This document shows, one piece after another, positions 59,236-64,000 of a stretch of DNA of 64,000 nt. Made by a program: the position numbers and the translations under genes. The notes beneath the pieces are model-generated. The model searched no databases, was not told the DNA's origin, and saw nothing but the letters and a program-made list of their open reading frames with translations. Positions within the stretch are counted from its first letter, which is position 1; every line of letters starts with the position of its first letter. Location of the stretch: positions 67 to 64,066 of the forward strand of contig JAFUCL010000103.1 in NCBI GenBank assembly GCA_017459725.1. Direction: 5' to 3'. Source of the stretch: Solobacterium sp. (GTDB lineage Bacteria; Bacillota_I; Bacilli_A; Erysipelotrichales; Erysipelotrichaceae).

Positions 59236-59337
59236 AGAAACCATCCTTTCCTGCTGTTATCCAGCAAATATGTATGTTTTGTGCGGATGTAGCAGTATTA
59301 TATATAGGACTGCTTAAAAGCACGGAGGAGACAGAGT

Positions 59338-60078
59338 ATGAAAACTGCAGAAACTGCATATGCCGGCATTCTGTATGGCAAGAAATGGACTGTCTGCGGA
59401 GACAGTTTTACAGCCGGGGTTACCGGTCACGTATTTGAAGATGAACCGTTCAAAGGTATGAACAAGGTCTATCCATATTTTATTGCCAGACGGTGCGGTA
59501 TGGAAATAGTGCCGTTCTTCCAGGGCGGCAGAACACTTGCCTTTCCAGAAGACGGAACATTCCATAACAGCCTGACGGATCCTGAAAGCGAATGCTACTA
59601 CAAGAATATTCCTGCCGACTCTGATTATATAACCATCTACCTCGGCATCAATGATTCCCACCATGAGCACGGCAAAGGCGGCGACGGCGAAGATCCGACC
59701 GGTATTATCCCGCTCGGCACGATCACCGACAATACCACCGCAACCTATTACGGCGCATGGAACGAAGTGCTCACATGGCTTGTAACAAACAGACCGTTCG
59801 CACATGTCGGCATCATCGTGTCAAACGGATGCGACCGTGAAGCCTACCGTACTGCCCAGATTGAAATTGCCGAGAAATACGGTATTCCCTATATCGATCT
59901 CAACGGTGACCGCTATACACCTGTCATGATCCGCTCCATGAATCCGAATATCTCCGAAGAAGTCAAACAGGCTGTCAAACTGAAGCAGGCTGTCGACTAT
60001 CCGGTGAATACGCATCCGAATGATGCCGCTCATGAATACGAATCCGCATTCATTGAAGACTTCCTGAGACACATCTGA
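59338..60078 (+). CDS. SGNH/GDSL hydrolase family protein
   Basis: Block I GDSFT, block III LGIND, block V THPN. Confidence 0.8.
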   Translation: MKTAETAYAGILYGKKWTVCGDSFTAGVTGHVFEDEPFKGMNKVYPYFIARRCGMEIVPFFQGGRTLAFPEDGTFHNSLTDPESECYYKNIPADSDYITIYLGINDSHHEHGKGGDGEDPTGIIPLGTITDNTTATYYGAWNEVLTWLVTNRPFAHVGIIVSNGCDREAYRTAQIEIAEKYGIPYIDLNGDRYTPVMIRSMNPNISEEVKQAVKLKQAVDYPVNTHPNDAAHEYESAFIEDFLRHI

Positions 60079-60102
60079 GCTCTGCATATGCAGAGCTTTT
60101 TT
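60078..60102. terminator. Terminator between SGNH and NhaC genes
   Basis: AGCTCTGCA-TA-TGCAGAGCT then T-run. Confidence 0.7.
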
Positions 60103-61408
60103 ATTCCGTGATAACCGTTATGACCACTGAGATCAGCAGCACAAACGGATAGATCAGACACGGAATCAAAGAGAAACTGCTGATGCCGGCAATGTTTGAA
60201 GCAATCAGAAGCTGTGCACCGTACGGGATGATTCCCTGCATGATGCAGGAACAGATATCCAGCAGTGAAGCTGTCATCTTCGGATCCACGCTGTACTCGC
60301 TGCTGATTTCCTTCGCAATCGGTGCAGCAATGACGATCGCCACAGTATTGTTGGCAGTCGCAAGATCCATGAACGCCGTCAGGAAACCGATGCCTGCCAT
60401 ACCGCCCTTCTTGCTTTTGGCCTTACGGCGGATCAGCGCAAGAATAGCCGCAAATCCTCCGTTCGCCTTCATAAGCGCAGAAATAGAAGCAACTAATATC
60501 GTTACGATCATCGTTTCATACATACCGCTGATGCCGCTTCCCATTGACGCCAGCGCACTTGCATAGGTCAGAGAACCTGTCAGGATACCGGCAAGCACAA
60601 ACAGCAGACATCCTGCAATCAGAACCGCAAACACATTGATTCCCAGTATGGACAGGATCAGCACGATAAAGTACGGCAGCGCCTGCAGAATACTGAAACT
60701 GAATGAACCGATCACTGCGCCGCTGTGCATCAGTGAATAACCCAGCAGGATCAGCAATGTTATAATCGCCGCCGGCAGTGCAATGCGGATATTCGTACGG
60801 AACTTATCCTTCATCTCCACACCCTGCGTTCTCGTTGCCGCAATGGTCGTATCAGAGATAAAGGACAGATTATCACCGAACATGGATCCCCCGACCACTA
60901 CACCGACACATAAAGCAAGCGGCAGATTCCCGTTCGCAGATACGGCACAGGCAATCGGAGCAAGCACGGAGATCGTACCGACACTGGTTCCCATTGCCAT
61001 GGAGATCAGACACGAAATAACAAATAAACCTGCTACAGCAAAGCGTCCGGGGATGATGCTCAGCAGCAGATTGGCAGTACTGTATGCACCGCCTGCTTCA
61101 CCGGCAATGCCGCTGAACGCTCCGGCCAGTATGAATATGAACAGCATGGTCACGATGTTGGCATCACCGATGCCCTCTGCACAGACCGCTATCTTCTCAT
61201 CAAATGTTCTTTTCCTGTCCTGTATGAATGCGGCAATAAGCGCCACCGCAAAAGCCAGCACTACAGAGACAACGTAGAATCCCATCTGTCCTTCTTCACC
61301 GGCAATGTATTCAAAGTAGATACCGTTGCCGAGATACAGCACAAGAAACAAAACAATCGGCAGCAATGCCCTGCCGTTCGGCTTCACTTCATTCTGAATA
61401 TGTTCCAT
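60101..61408 (-). CDS. Na+/H+ antiporter NhaC family protein (possible amino acid transporter)
   Basis: Many TM helices; MGTSVGTI, GSMFGDNLSFISDTTIAAT, QGIIPYGAQ; GGGAG RBS before MEHIQ. Confidence 0.85.
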   Translation of the reverse strand: MEHIQNEVKPNGRALLPIVLFLVLYLGNGIYFEYIAGEEGQMGFYVVSVVLAFAVALIAAFIQDRKRTFDEKIAVCAEGIGDANIVTMLFIFILAGAFSGIAGEAGGAYSTANLLLSIIPGRFAVAGLFVISCLISMAMGTSVGTISVLAPIACAVSANGNLPLALCVGVVVGGSMFGDNLSFISDTTIAATRTQGVEMKDKFRTNIRIALPAAIITLLILLGYSLMHSGAVIGSFSFSILQALPYFIVLILSILGINVFAVLIAGCLLFVLAGILTGSLTYASALASMGSGISGMYETMIVTILVASISALMKANGGFAAILALIRRKAKSKKGGMAGIGFLTAFMDLATANNTVAIVIAAPIAKEISSEYSVDPKMTASLLDICSCIMQGIIPYGAQLLIASNIAGISSFSLIPCLIYPFVLLISVVITVITE

Positions 61409-61486
61409 ACTCTTTCTCCCTCTGACAGACTGCGTAAATACATACACACGGATGCACAGAACGTCTGTCTTCAGGTCGGAGTACAG

Positions 61487-61680
61487 GCGATGACGATGTT
61501 CAGGACGTGAACTACCCGTGCCTGAAGGCACAGGGCTTCTGGGAACACGGTAGTCTGGTACAGATACATACCTCCGGCATCCCGCTATTGACCATGGCCC
61601 GTTCCGGGCCTTTTCTGTTTTTCTTTATGCAAGTCCAAGATTCAGTATGTTTATTGCCGCATTCACATCACGGTCGTGAT
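61487..61680 (-). ncRNA. Predicted TnpB omegaRNA (reRNA): scaffold from the tnpB 3' end through RE, plus about 20 nt flanking guide
   Basis: Position by analogy with characterized TnpB systems; internal hairpin GGCCCG-GAA-CGGGCC at 61596-61610; 5' boundary is a guess. Confidence 0.55.
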
Positions 61681-62779
61681 GTGCACCACAGACCGGGCAG
61701 TTCCACTCCCGCACCTTCAGCCATCCATAAGACGAGAAGCCAAGGCGATTGTTTACGCATCCGCAGTCACTGCATGTTTGCGATGTGCTGCGGGGATCGA
61801 CTTTACGAAGTTCTTTTCCGGAAAACCCGCATTTGTACTCAAGCATCGTGACGAATTCACGCCATCCGGCATTCGCAATCGCTCTCGCCAGTTTGTGGTT
61901 CTTCATCATGTGACTCGTATACAGATCCTCAACTACGATCACATCGTACTTGCGCACAAGCTCCGCAGTGATCTTCTGAAGATAGTCATGTCTTTGAGAA
62001 GCGATGTGCTCATTGATCTTCGCGACCATTTGCCTTGCCTTCTGATAATTACGAAAATCGCTCAGTTTAAGGTTTGGATCCTCACGCATTGCTTCTTTGG
62101 CTTTCAGAAGCCTGCGGGACATGATTCTTTGCCAGTAAGCGAGCTTATCTTCCAGAGCTTTGTCAAACCGCACAGCCGGTATCTTCGTGCCGTCCGAAAG
62201 AACTGCAAGATCTTTCAGACCTACATCTATCCCAATGGCCTTCCCGGTCTTTGTCAAAGGTTCTTCTTCACATTCGCAGAGAACGGAAGCGTAATACTTT
62301 CCGGAAGGCTTCATCCGTATAGTAACAGAACAGATCCGACCATGCGGGATGCGCCCGCTTCTGTAGTACAGAATGCCGGCTTTTGGAATCAGAATATGGT
62401 GTTCGTCAATGATGCGTATATTGTTGTTCACGCATTTGGAAATGTAGCTTTGTTCATACTTTTTGGATTTGAACCTTGGTGCTTTGGCGTTCTTTTGAAA
62501 GAAGTTCCTGAATGCACGGCCAAGGTTATCGTTCACTCCTGTCAGGGCGGTGGCGTCAGCCTCTTTCAGCCAGGGATATTCCCGTTTGAGCTGTGTGAGG
62601 ATATAGTTCATGGAATATGTCGTCAGGAATCCTGCTTCCGGAGAGTTGTCGTAACGTTCCTTCTGAAGGGCGAGCATATGGTTATACAGCCAGCGGCAGG
62701 CACCAAATGTTTTTGTGAACAGTGCTTTCTGATCGGTGTTTGGATAGATGCGTATATTGAATCCCTTTTTAATCGCCAT
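61625..62779 (-). CDS. tnpB: RNA-guided endonuclease TnpB
   Basis: N-terminal RIYP..Q..G.CR.LYN; RuvC GIDVG, VEDL, DRDVNAA all intact; zinc finger CSDC/CPVC; AAGGAG RBS before MAIKK. Confidence 0.95.
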   Translation of the reverse strand: MAIKKGFNIRIYPNTDQKALFTKTFGACRWLYNHMLALQKERYDNSPEAGFLTTYSMNYILTQLKREYPWLKEADATALTGVNDNLGRAFRNFFQKNAKAPRFKSKKYEQSYISKCVNNNIRIIDEHHILIPKAGILYYRSGRIPHGRICSVTIRMKPSGKYYASVLCECEEEPLTKTGKAIGIDVGLKDLAVLSDGTKIPAVRFDKALEDKLAYWQRIMSRRLLKAKEAMREDPNLKLSDFRNYQKARQMVAKINEHIASQRHDYLQKITAELVRKYDVIVVEDLYTSHMMKNHKLARAIANAGWREFVTMLEYKCGFSGKELRKVDPRSTSQTCSDCGCVNNRLGFSSYGWLKVREWNCPVCGAHHDRDVNAAINILNLGLA

Positions 62780-63215
62780 CCGTCTCTTTCTCCTTTGCAC
62801 GCTGATCATCAATGTATTTGGCAACCGCCTGTTCGTTCGAAGCTCCAATGCTTTCCACGAAATAAGACGGAGACCACAGATGCCGGTCTTCCTTTTTCCA
62901 GTAGAATTGTTTCAGCTCAGGATGCCTTCGGAACAGGCGAAAGGCGGATGTACCTTTCAAACAGCTGACGATCGTCGTCACAGAAAGCTTTGGCGGAGCC
63001 GACACCAAAAGATGAGCATGATCGTCTGTTCCGATCTCCAAATGCGTTATGGAAAAGCCTTTTTCCGCAGCGATATCATAAAGCATTTGTTTCAGCTCGT
63101 CTTCGATATCTCTGTTAAGAACTTTGTTCCGATATTTGATTCCCCATACGATATGATAGTTCAAATTGTACACACAAGTCCTACCGTATGTAAGTCTTTC
63201 ATCATGCCGTTTCAT
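62769..63215 (-). CDS. tnpA: IS200/IS605 HUH (Y1) transposase TnpA
   Basis: YHIVWGIKYR, DHAHLL HUH motif, LWSPSYFV, catalytic YIDDQ; start MKRH 6 nt after TGcTATAAT. Confidence 0.95.
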   Translation of the reverse strand: MKRHDERLTYGRTCVYNLNYHIVWGIKYRNKVLNRDIEDELKQMLYDIAAEKGFSITHLEIGTDDHAHLLVSAPPKLSVTTIVSCLKGTSAFRLFRRHPELKQFYWKKEDRHLWSPSYFVESIGASNEQAVAKYIDDQRAKEKETDGD

Positions 63216-63319
63216 ACTAATATTATAGCACATCTTAACGTATCTGAGGTTACCGTATGCACGTTCTTTGGGACAATTCATCTCGGCTCTGAAGAACCGA
63301 GTTTCCTTGCCATTCCAAC

Positions 63320-63351
63320 AAAAAACAGACAGACATCCACAGTCCGTCTGT
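63320..63351 (-). terminator. Intrinsic terminator of the tyrosine phosphatase gene, adjoining the IS left end
   Basis: ACAGACGGAC...GTCTGTCTGT stem followed by T6. Confidence 0.8.
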
Positions 63352-63379
63352 ATTCATATATGCCAGGTATCTGTCTGGT

Positions 63380-64000
63380 TCAGCTTTCCAGATACATTTC
63401 CTTCAGCAGAATGCATTCCTCATAACTGATCTGCAGCGCATCACACCGGAACCGATCAAAGCTTCCATATGATGCATCGATTTGCGCAAACGCCGCATTG
63501 ATGTATTCCGCCTGTACACTGAACAGTGCCTTCAGAGCATCCTCCGGAACCGCACCGATCTTATCCATGAGCGCTGCCAGGTTTCCGCCTGTCTGTTCCT
63601 GGTACTGATTCGAGGCAAGATAATCCGCCGCAATATCTTCATCCGCAACACCGAGGGTTTTCTCAATCAGCGCAGCCGCCAGACCCGTACGGTCCTTGCC
63701 TGCCGTGCAGTGCCAGAATACAGCCTTCTCACGCGTCTGCAGAAGTATGCGCATAAACTTTGCATACTGTCTGACGGTGAATTCATCCGTGACCATGTTC
63801 CGGTAAAGACCCTTCATGTATTCCGCGGCAGCACCGGGATTCTTCAGAAACACAGCCAGCCCACTGCGGTCACTGCTTCCTTCATGCGAAATACCAGCAC
63901 GTGCCATCTGAAACGCCGGCAGATGCATATACTCGATTCCCGGTATCACGGGATCCGGTTTTTCCTTGCACTCTTCATCGGTGCGAAAATCAATGATCAG
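63380..64000 (-). CDS. Protein tyrosine/serine phosphatase (IphP-like), 5' end outside the window
   Basis: WHCTAGKDRTG active site; frame stays open to the window edge (LIIDFRT..E..PD). Confidence 0.88.
   Translation of the reverse strand: MIIDFRTDEECKEKPDPVIPGIEYMHLPAFQMARAGISHEGSSDRSGLAVFLKNPGAAAEYMKGLYRNMVTDEFTVRQYAKFMRILLQTREKAVFWHCTAGKDRTGLAAALIEKTLGVADEDIAADYLASNQYQEQTGGNLAALMDKIGAVPEDALKALFSVQAEYINAAFAQIDASYGSFDRFRCDALQISYEECILLKEMYLES

Larger units (their letters stand above)
61507..63316 (-). mobile_element. IS200/IS605-family element, tnpA and tnpB in the same orientation, apparently intact
   Basis: LE hairpin CTCGGTTC-TTCA-GAGCCGAG (63282-63301); RE GAAG + CCCTGTGCC-TTCA-GGCACGGG + TAGTTCAC ending at 61507; left boundary uncertain within 63311-63319. 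Confidence 0.9.

Noticed and set aside
61409-61506. SAM riboswitch or T-box upstream of the NhaC-family gene
   Set aside because: No S-box core, SMK or T-box (TGGNACC) consensus seen
61676-62968. 430-aa plus-strand ORF opposite tnpB/tnpA
   Set aside because: No RBS or motif; explained as antisense shadow, although its length is notable

Overview
Bacterial chromosome segment, most likely from an Erysipelotrichaceae-like Firmicute (inferred from the glycosyltransferase-RecX fusion, tandem PrsA-like genes and overall gene order), with most genes on the minus strand. The core backbone is gmk, rqcH, rluB, ftsA-ftsZ, rpmB, priA-rsmB-rlmN-prpC-prkC-rsgA-rpe-thiN, tRNA-Val(CAC), sufCDSUB, murT-gatD, yhaM, oppDF and pepD. 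The right-hand accessory part carries a GH43 lipoprotein, a GH3, a UvrA-like ATPase, an azoreductase, an SGNH hydrolase, an NhaC-family transporter, an apparently intact IS200/IS605 element (tnpA+tnpB) and a partial tyrosine phosphatase. The best candidate for an undescribed system is a tightly coupled 7-gene minus-strand operon downstream of ftsZ (about 21554 to 8149): signal peptidase I, a membrane GGDEF protein with a degenerate GGNKF motif, an ECF-sigma-like protein fused to a TM helix and an extracellular domain, a small secreted protein, two single-TM microproteins, and a 3386-aa repeat surface protein. The small secreted protein and the giant protein share a juxtamembrane [L/I][D/E]ExxVPLxxxP motif; neither has an LPXTG motif and no sortase is visible in the window. 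All family assignments come from motif recognition by eye; no database searches were run. No CRISPR array or rRNA was seen.
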